A stretch of DNA of 63,768 nt, filler included, from Trichomonas gallinae (taxonomy: Eukaryota): assembly GCA_008369845.1 (NCBI GenBank). It is 7 parts of 7 records of this genome, joined end to end, with 100 filler letters (N's around TTAATTAATTAA, not from the genome) between each part and the next. Parts side by side here need not be neighbours in the genome. Positions count along the whole stretch, not along the records: positions 14,685 to 30,877 come from MRSU01000757.1; positions 30,978 to 42,517 come from MRSU01000761.1; 5 more parts are not named here. The stretch is one strand, 5' to 3'. The notes under the pieces are model-generated. The model made no database searches and was not told the DNA's origin. It was given only the letters and a program-made list of their open reading frames with translations. Within the stretch, counting starts at the first letter, position 1, and every line of letters begins with the position of its first letter. The position numbers and the translations under genes are program-made. This document shows, in pieces, positions 30,360 to 42,200 of the stretch.

Positions 30360-30685
30360 TCAAAATCTACAATTATCTAAATATATAAGCACTATTGAAC
30401 CATTCTAATAACACAAATCATATAGAAACTAGCCCCCCATCTATTATATATGAAAGGATATCAATATTGTCTAAAAGTCATAGTTTTGAAATTTCAAATA
30501 GAAAAAACGCAAATGTGCTCAGTTCAATTGAACAACTCATACTAGTTATAAACATATCATCAAGTTAACTCCTCTTATTTGGATAACTAGTAGGTAACAC
30601 AGAATCAAACACTATGGCATGTATACTATAGCATATTCCCTACATATCTTTAATATTTTCTTCCTGAAAAGTACGCTACAATACA

Positions 30686-30877
30686 TTAACTCCATTGTGT
30701 CGTGTAAATATTATGTCCATATGAGCGTTTATCCCATGACCCAAGTGGTGGGCATAATTTCGGCAGATACTGACGAATTGGAACAATTCGATTATATTGA
30801 TGAAGCGTAACTGGATAAACATTGCCTGTCCTGAACATTCCGAACTCATTTGGCTTTGAGTGGAAGTGCCAATTAGT
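30686..30877 (-). CDS. 3' fragment (cut by contig end) of a paralog of the 18129-19316 glycosyltransferase-like gene
   Basis: My translation: TNWHFHSKPNEFGMFRTGNVYPVTLHQYNRIVPIRQYLPKLCPPLGSWDKRSYGHNIYTTQWS*. It matches PYVIHQYDR...CPSLGKW...Y of the 18129 protein. Absent from the ORF track. Confidence 0.85.
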   Translation of the reverse strand, partial: TNWHFHSKPNEFGMFRTGNVYPVTLHQYNRIVPIRQYLPKLCPPLGSWDKRSYGHNIYTTQWS

Positions 30878-30977
30878 NNNNNNNNNNNNNNNNNNNNNNN
30901 NNNNNNNNNNNNNNNNNNNNNTTAATTAATTAANNNNNNNNNNNNNNNNNNNNNNNNNNNNNNNNNNNNNNNNNNNN
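30878..30977. other. Artificial contig linker
   Basis: N44-TTAATTAATTAA-N44. Confidence 0.98.
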
Positions 30978-31067
30978 TAATGGTCACTATGTGCTCATTC
31001 TATATTATTAATTTACAGAATTTTTAGTTGTATTTTTCTGCCGGACAACCTTTGTAATTTGTCTAAA

Positions 31068-31166
31068 ATGATGTAAAGTGTCAACAAAAAATGTAATGTG
31101 TCAAATAATAATGTAAAGTGTCAAAAGACTGTATGTAAAGTTAAATGTCAGAAATAAAAGTGACAA
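31068..31166. repeat. ATGTAA(A/T)GTGTCAA direct repeats upstream of eIF2A
   Basis: Three copies about 20 bp apart, a partial fourth, then AAAGTGAC. Confidence 0.75.
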
Positions 31167-31285
31167 AATAATGGAAAATAAATTTTGTGTTTTTAGATTT
31201 CTAATAAGCTAGTGATTGCAAATCCGGGGACATAAATATAATTGAGAATAAAAAAGTGGTTTTTCCTCTTTTTTTAAAAGGCCAA

Positions 31286-32707
31286 ATGTTTATTTGCTCA
31301 GGTTCAGTGAAAGGTATTGAGATTAGAAAAGTGCAGTACAAGGATGCCAAGCTCACAGTTGATGAGCCGGTCAACTTAGTTCCAAATTGCCACAATTTCA
31401 CATTTTCGCCTGATTTTAAATACGCATGTTTTTACACAAAGAGTGGTGTACACTCTAAGGAGTTCCCAGATAAATTCATTTACATCTGTCGCTTCGACAT
31501 AAATACTGGAAAAATCGAGAAAATCCACGAAATTCAAGCACCAAACATTCTTTCCGTAAAATTCAGTCCAAAGAGCACATACATATCCCTCATGTGTCGC
31601 AGAACCGTTAACACTGATAACGAAAGTATTCCATTAATTCAAATTTTCAAGACAGAAACCGCAGAAGTTGTTAATTCATTCAACTACAACGCGCAGAAGG
31701 TCCCAACAATATTTTGGACAGATGATGAAAAAGTCTTCTGTTCTACTTACACAGATGGAATCAAATTCACCGAAATTCAGCCAGATGGCTCCAAAGTTAC
31801 AAAAGACTGCCAGCTCGAGAAGCTCCATGCCGCAGCATTCACAAGCACACGCAATGGCTTGAAATTTGCAGCTGTTTATGGAGAAAATCCAAAGAAGATG
31901 AAACTATTCCACTATCCAAACATCGAAAATCACGTTGCTTACCGCCCCATCATGATTGGCGAGACATTCACAGTCAAGATCAATCCAAATGGATCCTCTG
32001 CTGTTGCAATTGGTATTAAAAACGAATCAGATTCGACTTTCTACGGCGAAAGCTACGCATTTTACCTCAACGATCAAAACCGTCAAGACCTCAACCTCAA
32101 GAAATCCGGCCCAATACATGCAGTCGAGTATTCTCCGTCTGGAGATAAATTCGTTATCATCGCTGGTCACGTTCCACCCGCTGTTCAAGTTTTCTACGAG
32201 AAGCTACACACGAACGGAGAGATTGGCGAGTACCCGCTAAACTCAATTCGCTATTCTGCAAATCAGAATATCGCAGCTATTGGTGGATTCGGTTCTTTCA
32301 CTGGAACAATAATGTTCTACGATGTCCAATCACGTGAAAAGATCAGTGAAGGCGAAGCTCCTTACACTTCTGAATGGTCCTGGTCTCCATGCGGAAGATT
32401 AATTTTGTCTTCAGTTCTTTATCCGAAGATGATGGTTGATAACGAATACAGAATCATCAACCATATGTCACAAATCTTATTCAAACAGAAAGGAAACGAA
32501 TTAACACAAGTTGAATGGGTCGGCTTTGAAAAGGCTCAATCATTGCCAAACATCAAAGCCCCAGTCATCGCTAAGCCACAGGCAGCAGCTTACGTTCCAC
32601 CACATCTTAGAAATAAGACCCCAGGTGCTACAGGACCAGCACCAAAATATCCGCCAGGCTTTACACCAAAGGCTGAAGGCTCTTCTATCAAGAAATCGAA
32701 GAGATAA
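31286..32707 (+). CDS. EIF2A: Eukaryotic translation initiation factor 2A
   Basis: Beta-propeller with TFYGES, GPIHAVEYSPSG, GGFGSFTG and WSPCGR, plus the conserved AYVPPHLRN motif. First ATG at 31286. Confidence 0.9.
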   Translation: MFICSGSVKGIEIRKVQYKDAKLTVDEPVNLVPNCHNFTFSPDFKYACFYTKSGVHSKEFPDKFIYICRFDINTGKIEKIHEIQAPNILSVKFSPKSTYISLMCRRTVNTDNESIPLIQIFKTETAEVVNSFNYNAQKVPTIFWTDDEKVFCSTYTDGIKFTEIQPDGSKVTKDCQLEKLHAAAFTSTRNGLKFAAVYGENPKKMKLFHYPNIENHVAYRPIMIGETFTVKINPNGSSAVAIGIKNESDSTFYGESYAFYLNDQNRQDLNLKKSGPIHAVEYSPSGDKFVIIAGHVPPAVQVFYEKLHTNGEIGEYPLNSIRYSANQNIAAIGGFGSFTGTIMFYDVQSREKISEGEAPYTSEWSWSPCGRLILSSVLYPKMMVDNEYRIINHMSQILFKQKGNELTQVEWVGFEKAQSLPNIKAPVIAKPQAAAYVPPHLRNKTPGATGPAPKYPPGFTPKAEGSSIKKSKR

Positions 32708-33102
32708 ATTATAATTATGTCTATATTTCATAATAAAATGTAAAATTATAATAATTTTTTTATTTCTTATTTATCATATTAATTCATTAATTGGAACTTA
32801 AACCTTTGATTCATAACTTAAAATCAACAAATTACGCTAGAAAAATAAATCTCAAAAATATTTTTAAAAGTAATCCAAAATCCATGAAATTCTAAGAAAT
32901 ATACACCGATATTTTAATATATTGTTAAGTTTTAACGACAAAAACTCTAGAAATATTATCAATTTGATAAATAACAAAGAAATGATGTATTCATTGATAT
33001 AAAAAGGTTAATTTTGATGAAAATATTACAATTCTTTTGATGATAATCAATACACAACAGATTTTTATATATCAAAAATAAGACAACAAAACAGAAAGAA
33101 AA

Positions 33103-33900
33103 TTATAACAAATTCATTTCATCTGGTCTAGATGAAGACATTCTATTTGATGATCCGCATATAGATTCAAACAAAACAATCTGAAGATTAACTGCAAACC
33201 AAATCGGCAAACCTAGCCCAAGAGGCGAGATTACATCTGATATATCTTCGAGTACGAGTACAAGAAATGTGAGGAATAAAACTTTTCTATGAAATAATAT
33301 ATTTGGTAAAAATGATAAAGATTTGATTGTTCCCAAGTACTTAGCATCAAATACAAGACATGGGAGATAAAAGAGAGCCAATCTAACCAAAATATAAATT
33401 GTGATTAAAATATACTTAGTTTTTGATTTATCAAAATAGCAATATTCTTTTGTAAGGAGTGCTAAGTAGTAATATATTGCGAAAATGATCCCTTGCACTG
33501 TAAAAAATTTTTGTATTCCATTCGAAACTTTTTGGCTGAGATGAATTGACATTAACGAAGTAAAGCAAACAACATGAAATATCGAATGAAATATATTCGC
33601 GATGTAAAATGATGGATATATAAAGTAAACTAAAATTATTGGAATTAAGTCGGCTAAATATACTAAAATAAAGTATTTCAAGTGAGATTTAAGCTGACTG
33701 TATGATATTGAAAACATGTCAAATAGCGGAATCGGCCCTGTCCTATTAAATCTTTCGATGACCCAAGTTTGAAATTGATCGACGTCTTTTTTCGGAAAAA
33801 AAGGCTTCGAGCAGCTGATCTGTGGCGGGCATTGATACTTTGGAAGAGACATTTTCAGTTCGTCGAAAGAGTCATCTTCCGAAAGATTTTCCATCCCCAT
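33103..33900 (-). CDS. Multi-pass membrane protein of unknown function, 265 aa
   Basis: About 5-6 hydrophobic segments. First ATG at 33900 (the track start is GTG). Confidence 0.75.
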   Translation of the reverse strand: MGMENLSEDDSFDELKMSLPKYQCPPQISCSKPFFPKKDVDQFQTWVIERFNRTGPIPLFDMFSISYSQLKSHLKYFILVYLADLIPIILVYFIYPSFYIANIFHSIFHVVCFTSLMSIHLSQKVSNGIQKFFTVQGIIFAIYYYLALLTKEYCYFDKSKTKYILITIYILVRLALFYLPCLVFDAKYLGTIKSLSFLPNILFHRKVLFLTFLVLVLEDISDVISPLGLGLPIWFAVNLQIVLFESICGSSNRMSSSRPDEMNLL

Positions 33901-34551
33901 AAAAAAGTGTCGGATCAATTCCACTTTATAACCTTAAATTTATTTTAATAATTTTTACGAAATCAAGCAAATTTGGCCTGATATATGAGTTATATGGGCT
34001 TATTTCTTTATTATAGTGATAAAGAATAACAAAACAAAAATTCACTTTTCTCCTTATTCATTTTCAACAATTTTTACTATAAGTAAATGAAATAGACCAA
34101 TTTAATTATATCAGTAATATAGTACAGTATAATTACTAAATAATTTCTTTCTCCGAATATGAATTGCCTAGGCGTAATTCCGTATTTTCGATGATAAAGA
34201 ATTTTATAATAAAATATTATTTTTCTCCTTTTACATTTCGTACTATATCATTATTATTAGTAGATTATGATTACTATATAATTACATCCTATTTCACAGG
34301 AAATAATGGAATTAGCATCATAAATTTCTTTTTCATCTAAGAAAAAATGATTTTTTCCATCAAATATATTAATAAAAACTATTAATATCTTCAATATAAC
34401 TGTATCTAATGGCACTGTAACAATTAAATTGATTGGTTACAAACCTGGCTGCAATAATTTTTGATATATATAAAAAAAAGACAATTTACGAAATTGATAG
34501 TTTAGATAATAAACTATACAAATAAATACATAACATAATTATATATAACAA

Positions 34552-37500
34552 CTAATGTGGATCGACAAGATATGTAAACCTCTTGCCACCTTTAACATCA
34601 ATTTCTCCACGTTCTTTGATAACAAAACTCTGTCCATAGATAAGTTCGTAGACTGGACGAGAAATGTGAACTTTCATTGGGACACCATGATGCTCCATTT
34701 CGTGTGCAATGTTAATAGCTGGGCCTAAGATTTCGAATGTTGGTTTCTCAGTGCCAATAACACCAGCGACAATTGGTCCGCCTGTGTTGACGCCAACTCT
34801 GATTCTTAATTTTTCATTTTCAGCTTGATTGATTTCCAATAATTTGTTGATGACTATGCAGCCAAAGTCGACAACTTCTTTTGCATGAACAGCTGGCTGA
34901 TTGACTTCATCAAAAATCCCACCAGCAGCCATATAGCAATCACCGATGCATTTGATCTTTGTCATTGTTTTATGGGCATTTGTAACAGCGTCGAATTCCT
35001 TGAAAATGATGTTGAGCATCCTCATGACGTAGTGAGCATCATGGGAGCCACACCATGGTGTGAATTCGACAACATCTAAGAATAGAACAGTTACAGACTG
35101 AACAGCGAAAGAAATGTTCTTTTCGCCAGCCTGAACTCTTGGAACTAAAGATGCTGGCAAAATAGATGATAGCATTTTGTCGCTCTTTCTCTTTTCGTCT
35201 TCAATTAACTTTTCGTGCATGATGTTTTGTGTCTGGTTCTTGCCAGAAAAGATTCTCTTTCCTGAGACTTCTGTCATTGCGAATTCCAAGAAGACTTTTT
35301 CGCCTTTTCTGTTGACATAAACCATATTTGTTGACTTGAGATAAACTCTTTCCAGTCTCTGTTCACTCTGGAATCTTTCCTGGACAAAGAATTCTTTGAT
35401 GTTTGTGTGAAGAATTTCTTCTTCTGACATTCCGAATGTGTTCAAAAATGCAGAGTTGACCTGGATAACTTTGCCTGTTTCTGCCTGGCAGATGATGAAA
35501 ATGTCATTGAGTTTGTTGACGACTTCATTGGCGAACTGAACGAATTTGCCTGTTGAAATTGTATTGTCTTTAACTTCGTAGTTTCCTGCAAGAAGCTCCA
35601 TGATTCTCTTGTTTGTCATTAACTCATGTGGGGGAACTCTCATTAACTGAGAAATCAAGAACTTGATGTAAACATCTTCTTGATGAACAATTGCTAAAAT
35701 AATTATGACAAACAATGTGACGAAAATTGCAAAAATAACTGCATACTCAATGAGTTTCTTTCCTTCTTTGTCTAAAGAATTCCTCATGTAAGGAACAAGC
35801 TGACTGCCAGCATGAGAGAAGAAGGCTTCATACAACTCTAATGGACCAATTTGGAAAGCATCATTAACGTGTTCACCCCATGGCTTCGGGAAGATGCCTT
35901 GTCTCATCAATGAAGCGAATCTCTTGAAGTAGTCAACAGCGACTAACAGTTGACCAACAGCTGAGAAGCATCTTGTTGATTCTGGGACTTCTACTGGTAA
36001 TTCTAATGGATTGTCGCATCTAATGATTTGTGTGGCTTCGCTCAATGATTCTGACATGCCTTCAAATGGAGCTTCTTTTGTTCCTTGTCCACCGAGTCTG
36101 ACATTGTGGTAGTACTTAATTTCAAGTGTTGCATATTCTTCTATTTCACTGATTTCTGTTTCAATGCTCAGTGTTGTGTCTAAAAGTGATGGATCGTATT
36201 TAGCCATTGTGATATCATATAATCTTTGAGCCATTGAAAACAAGAATGTTGAGCAACCATAAAGATAATTGATGTGGTGGCAGTTATAGAAAACGACATC
36301 AGAAGCAGAGAAGTAGGATTTGATGCACATCCAGAAGCAACCAATTGAAAGACCAATGATTCCAATGAAGCAGAACATTAAGAAATAAGAAGATGAAGAG
36401 CTCAAACTGTCTGTGATTGAAGAAAACAGTTTGATGATTGATTCTTCTTGTCTGTTGTATTCTACATCACGGCCACTCAATGTGATTGTTGTTGTGCTGA
36501 CTGTGTTGTCATGGTTCTTAACATTAGAGAATGACTGTGAAATCATTGAAATAACTGTCTTTGGAAGTTCAGAGATTGCATCAATGATTGCTTTCTTGTT
36601 TTGTGAGAGTTGTCTTGTTTGCACGAAATAAATTAAAGCGAAAATGATAAAGTTGACAGCGCTAAAAACAATGAAAGCAATCCAAAAAATCTTTGTGAAA
36701 TGGTTGTATTCGTCAGCAATGTAATCAACAAGAACAGATAAAGCTTTGCTGAAAGCTTCTGTAGCGATAACATTGTTATTTCTGACTGTCAACGAATCTG
36801 GACCTTTTGCGATGTCAATTGTTAATCTCTTGTGCTCAAGTAATCTGCCAACTCCAGAGCCCAACAATAAAGCAATCTGAATGGCTGATGATTTTGATGT
36901 GATTTTCTCGTCTTTTGAAACATATTGGTAGTAATCGTGGATTCCGGTGAAAACTAAATTCCTGACTTCTTCGATGAATTTGTTGCCTGATCTGTAAGAT
37001 CTCAATGGAGAAACCAATGATGTGCAGCGTCCAATAAGTCTTGCGAAGTATTCGATGATCTTTCTTGTGTTGTAGTCTCCGCCATAAGCAGTGGCAGGGA
37101 AACCGTCAACCATTGTCAACCCTCCAATAATGAAATTGCCTGGATTCTTTGGGTCATCAAGTTCTTCGAAGATTGCACGTGTTGCAAAGCAAGGGATGAT
37201 GTTGACAATACTTCTTGTGTAGCTGATGCCTTCCATGAAGGATAATGGTTCAGCAAGAGCCTCTTTGAAGTAAGGGAAAACGACAATTGCACCGATGATT
37301 GGAATCAAGAACAAAAAGAAATAACAGACGATTGTTGTCCAGTAGATATAGGAAATAGCCGGAACTTTGTGTTTCTCAATGAGTCTTGCAATTGTCTCGT
37401 ATTGTTCTTCAGCAACATCATCTTGTTCCTCAAGATCATTCAAAATGTTTTCATTGTCCATTGATGTCTTTGAAAGTTGATCTGTGAAATCAGTTAAAAC

Positions 37501-39207
37501 TTCTGGAAGATGTGGAAGTGCTTCAATGCCTAAATCATGAACTGTATCATTGCAAATTCTTAAGCCTCTCTGAAGTTTAGCTACGTCTTCAATTGTCTTC
37601 TTGTATTTGATTGCATCAGCTTTAACTTCGAAAATATACCTCGCGTATTGTTTGAGAGCGAATCTGTTGTTAGGATATAACATCTTTAAGTACAAAACTT
37701 CTGTTTCGCACTCTTTGACACTGCTATAAGCGAGTTTGATTGGTGGATCCATGTCACTTGTTGAGCCCTGAAGAATCAAGTCCCAAATATTTCTGACTCT
37801 GTTTTTCGCTTTTGTGAATTGTTTGCCAATTTTGTTCATCTTTGATTTCAAACTCATCGTGAAATGTGTTTCTCTTGTATTGATGATGTTTGTAACATTG
37901 TTTTGGATCAGCTTGACTAAGTCTTCATCTTTTTTGATCAAGGCAACATTCTTGATGATGAACTGCAAAGTTGCTGAGCTTTCTGGATAAATCGCAATGA
38001 ATTTTGCATAAGCGGCCCAAACATCAGCCTCATCTCTCCAGTTTTCAACAGCCATCTTGAAGATGGAAAAGTCCATGCAGCATGAATGGCAGTAATTGAA
38101 TCCAGTGATGATCAATTGCTTCAGTTTGCCTTTGGACTTTACGATGGAAATGTCTTGTGATGCTTCAACTTCATCAAGTAACTTCATGTCTGATTTGATT
38201 CTGAGATTGATCAATAAGTATGAAGAAACATAGGCAACGATTGCAGCTATGGCGAAAGCAAGGAAATACCAGTCATCGTAGTAAAAATCCAAAACGAAAC
38301 ATGGATAAATGTTTGCTGCGCCAATGATGATACCTAAAATGGATCCTGTCAATATAAGAATTTGGTGTGAGTTATGTAAGAATGTTCCACAGTTGAAAAC
38401 CGTGGAGATGTCAAACGCGTAGAGTAAGAAGACGCAAATTGATAAAATTGTTGACGGAATGTTTCCAATGTGCGATGTCAATGCGCAACAGAAGGTAATA
38501 AGGATTGTTGTGACGAAAATTCTGTTCTGTGGGGCTCCTTCTAATGTTTGGAAACTAGATGCTCTGAAGACAATCGTTGTTGTGTAAGTTTTGACAACAA
38601 CCCAAATGTAGAAAAGAGTCACGAGCAAAGCTACAACCAAATTTACGATATCTGTGAGTTTAACTATAGAAGGATCAGCTAGGAGCCCAGATATGTGCTG
38701 TCCTGCGTATTGTGTCATGATTGGGAGGATCAAATATGGACCTGATGCGATGAAGATACTTAAAACATTGACTGTGAGTTTTGAAACCATTGATGTTTTC
38801 TTATAATGAAACGCTGATATGACCAGATAGAATCCAAAGAGAATCATCAGTACGTTTAAGGCGAGAAGAATAATCATTTCGTTTCCTATTCTGTATTGAA
38901 CTGGAAGTAGGTGGAATAGTACTGAGACTATGGATACTGTTTGACCGACAAGAGTATCAGGAAGAAAAACTAACGGCTTTGCTGCCATGATAGATCCTCC
39001 GATTAACTGGAAGAACCTGAATATTGTGATTATCTTATATACAATGGCCATCTTCGGGGCATATATATCGAAGTAATTGAACAGTCCAATTAAAGCGTGT
39101 GCTGTCTTTTGTGAAATTGGAATGTCAATCAGCTCCTCCTTCTTGCTGTTCATGCTCAAGGCATAGTCGGACTCTGGGTTACCTGTTGTACTCGTGACCT
39201 CTTGCAT
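34552..39207 (-). CDS. Transmembrane adenylyl cyclase (class III) with PAS domain
   Basis: Many TM helices, PAS (IIQ-type VIQVNSAFLNTFG...NIKEFF) and cyclase motifs VLFLDVVEFT, KIKCIGDCYM, RVGVNTG and FEILGPAIN. ATG at 39207, Inr TCATTT at 39225-39230. Confidence 0.95.
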   Translation of the reverse strand: MQEVTSTTGNPESDYALSMNSKKEELIDIPISQKTAHALIGLFNYFDIYAPKMAIVYKIITIFRFFQLIGGSIMAAKPLVFLPDTLVGQTVSIVSVLFHLLPVQYRIGNEMIILLALNVLMILFGFYLVISAFHYKKTSMVSKLTVNVLSIFIASGPYLILPIMTQYAGQHISGLLADPSIVKLTDIVNLVVALLVTLFYIWVVVKTYTTTIVFRASSFQTLEGAPQNRIFVTTILITFCCALTSHIGNIPSTILSICVFLLYAFDISTVFNCGTFLHNSHQILILTGSILGIIIGAANIYPCFVLDFYYDDWYFLAFAIAAIVAYVSSYLLINLRIKSDMKLLDEVEASQDISIVKSKGKLKQLIITGFNYCHSCCMDFSIFKMAVENWRDEADVWAAYAKFIAIYPESSATLQFIIKNVALIKKDEDLVKLIQNNVTNIINTRETHFTMSLKSKMNKIGKQFTKAKNRVRNIWDLILQGSTSDMDPPIKLAYSSVKECETEVLYLKMLYPNNRFALKQYARYIFEVKADAIKYKKTIEDVAKLQRGLRICNDTVHDLGIEALPHLPEVLTDFTDQLSKTSMDNENILNDLEEQDDVAEEQYETIARLIEKHKVPAISYIYWTTIVCYFFLFLIPIIGAIVVFPYFKEALAEPLSFMEGISYTRSIVNIIPCFATRAIFEELDDPKNPGNFIIGGLTMVDGFPATAYGGDYNTRKIIEYFARLIGRCTSLVSPLRSYRSGNKFIEEVRNLVFTGIHDYYQYVSKDEKITSKSSAIQIALLLGSGVGRLLEHKRLTIDIAKGPDSLTVRNNNVIATEAFSKALSVLVDYIADEYNHFTKIFWIAFIVFSAVNFIIFALIYFVQTRQLSQNKKAIIDAISELPKTVISMISQSFSNVKNHDNTVSTTTITLSGRDVEYNRQEESIIKLFSSITDSLSSSSSYFLMFCFIGIIGLSIGCFWMCIKSYFSASDVVFYNCHHINYLYGCSTFLFSMAQRLYDITMAKYDPSLLDTTLSIETEISEIEEYATLEIKYYHNVRLGGQGTKEAPFEGMSESLSEATQIIRCDNPLELPVEVPESTRCFSAVGQLLVAVDYFKRFASLMRQGIFPKPWGEHVNDAFQIGPLELYEAFFSHAGSQLVPYMRNSLDKEGKKLIEYAVIFAIFVTLFVIIILAIVHQEDVYIKFLISQLMRVPPHELMTNKRIMELLAGNYEVKDNTISTGKFVQFANEVVNKLNDIFIICQAETGKVIQVNSAFLNTFGMSEEEILHTNIKEFFVQERFQSEQRLERVYLKSTNMVYVNRKGEKVFLEFAMTEVSGKRIFSGKNQTQNIMHEKLIEDEKRKSDKMLSSILPASLVPRVQAGEKNISFAVQSVTVLFLDVVEFTPWCGSHDAHYVMRMLNIIFKEFDAVTNAHKTMTKIKCIGDCYMAAGGIFDEVNQPAVHAKEVVDFGCIVINKLLEINQAENEKLRIRVGVNTGGPIVAGVIGTEKPTFEILGPAINIAHEMEHHGVPMKVHISRPVYELIYGQSFVIKERGEIDVKGGKRFTYLVDPH

Positions 39208-42200
39208 CAGCAAGCTTTTATAATAAATGAATATTTTACAATAGTATTCAAAGTAAAAAAATTCTGAATTGAACGTATTTGAAAAAAATCAAAATGGCGA
39301 AATAATCATAGCAATTCATTTATTAGCAAATATGTCTATCATTTCATTGAAAAAAGAAAAACTTAAAAATAATGTGAAATTATTCACCAAAGGATATAAT
39401 TTGAAATAGTAATATTTTAACGAAAGTTTAATCTCATTGAAATTATTTCAAACGATTGAAAATTTTATCATAGAAAATATTTCAGTGTCTTTTTGCAAAG
39501 AATAATAAGGATAAGCGTCAGTGAAATGCATAGTCAATAAAATGAATCGATAAGTATTTAAATATAATTTGTGAATTTTCAATAAATAATGACAAATTAT
39601 ATTATTTAACTCCTGTCTCATAAATAATATTATAAAATAAAAAATATTATTATAGTAATTTTACGACAAAAAGCAAAACATGTTAAGGACTGTCTAATCG
39701 AAAGAAAAACTAAATCCGTCAAAAATATCAATAGTAAATTGAGTTTTGAATTTTAAAACTGGAATTTATATTTATGCATTGAAAAAACTTAATGAATAAA
39801 TATTACTCATCTATAGCTTATTAATGGAACAATATCTTAATGATTTTTTTTAAGAGCACACTCAGAAAGTGATTTTCAACATTTTATGCGAAATTTTAAC
39901 TCCAAATTTACGAATTCTGTTGTATTTCTTTATTTTGAGGTCCATTGACGCAGCATATAAATCTGCGTTGCTAAAATATCAAATATGGAAATCAATTAAT
40001 CGAATGAACTGACATATGCGTTTTAACCTGTTTTTATATTAATCTTATGTATATGCCACACAAGAATCTTGATTAGAAGCCTGAACTCAATCCTTGAAAT
40101 TTTGAAATTTCCTGTGGTAAAATTAATCCGAAATTTTTATAAATATAGGAGTAACACTTTATTATTAACAAATGTATAACATGGGTTCATGTTTGTCTCC
40201 ATTTTTAAGGATAATAACCTTAGTGTATAATATTCACTGATCAAACCGCCTGTAATTTAAACTGTTATACCTATTGAAGTGTTTGGTGGATTTTGCGTTT
40301 AACAATTTAACGTTTTTAGCATTGAAAATGTTTATCAATTTTTCTAAATTCTTCAATTATTTGATAATGGGTTTAGAAAAATAATTTTGCTATAAATTTG
40401 ATCTATTCCATGTTTGCAGTCGAACTTGTATAAAAATTCAATGTGATGAAAAGTTTCCATTTTTCTCAGTGAAATATTAACACGATCATATAAGTTACTT
40501 TTTTACTTGATTATTTGGCTATATACTATAACCTGAATGCTTGTAGGACTTCCAAATGCATTTTCTCTTAAAAATTCGAAATTCATTCAAAAAGACATTA
40601 GCAATTATTCATTCAAAGTCGTATAATCTGTTAAGAACTTTTGTAGCAAGCAGAAAATACCAACATTTCCCACTTTATATATGCAATTGAAATTTCCAAT
40701 AGATCCAATTATAAGGATCAGTACTCATCAATCATTACCATCGTGTTTAGATTCAAAAATAATATAGATATCGATATCGAGCAATTAGTTATGAATGCAT
40801 TACTCATGGATTTAAAATTACATGTTTCATTTTACTCCCAAACTAGAAATAAAGCATCCATAATCCAATAGAAACATATGTATAAACAATACAACTGTAT
40901 TACAACTAATAGAAAATCAACATGAAAAGTTCGAATCTAAGCTACCAAAAAAAAAATGCCAATCAGTTATTTTTTCATGTTATGAGTTATCCCTTGAGTT
41001 ATATACCATTTGGTGGGTTTATTTATAATAGCCCTGGTGTTATTCGTATTATTTTATGCTATGCATAGACCATTGCTAATTATTGAAGAGCTCACCCATA
41101 TGATAATTTTCTCTTGAAAACAGAAAAAATAAGAAACTTTTCATCATGTTTCACTAAAAATATAATAGTAAAAATATACCTTATTAGCGTAATCAGCATC
41201 ATATAGTATAGTAGAACATCTCAATATTCATGTATGATCAAAATATAATAATTGCATAGGAATCCCTTGCTAAAAGATAGTGCTTCAATATATAAAAATA
41301 TAAAATGAAATATGATAAAAAAATTAGAAGATTTGCAATAGTACTGATAAAACAAATCATAGATATACCTGTTGAAAAGCATCATAATGCAATCAATTAT
41401 GGTAAAAACACATACAAAAAACAAGTAAATCGATAATTTATCTATATGATGTATATAGCAATAAATGAAGGAGATATTGATACAAGGACATGTAGAAAAT
41501 CTTTGGTATGAAGAGTAAATCGATAATACAATAAAATGAATGATGAAATTTAAATTTAACTATTGAACTTGTATTCATAGTGCTTTATTGCGATAGTAAT
41601 AGAATATATGAGCTAGTAAAGATTTACTCATGAATTTAAAGTTCGTTTTAAAAATTTTTGGAAATTTTACCTAAAATCAGCAGATATAAGTTATATGTGT
41701 CTAATATATTTTAAATATTACTATATTAAAGTCAAAAACACCAAAAATAACCAACTCGATCGAAATTATTTAGGAGAAAAGAGTAATGACAAGTATTTCG
41801 TATACAATATCAGAATGTGCATGCGAAATCAATGTCGACATTGATATAAAAATACAACAAATATAACCGTTTTTGCCAAGACCAAATAAATGAATGTCAC
41901 AACAATTACAGTGATGAATAGAATGTTTAAAATATAAAATCGGTTTTGAATGCGAAGCCGTTTGCGGTTTGATTTATTAATAAATTTTGGATAAAAACTA
42001 TAATCATAATAATAAATTTCAATATTAATAAAATTTTGTGTCAGAAGTGTTGATTGAAAAATGTATTGTTTCAATAATGTTTAAAATCTTATGATAGAGC
42101 GAATGAATGATTTTTAGATTTTATTCTGTCATAAATTTCAATAATAGAAATAACTTGAATATAAATCTTGTGTTATAATCAGCTTTATTTTGTTCCAAAA

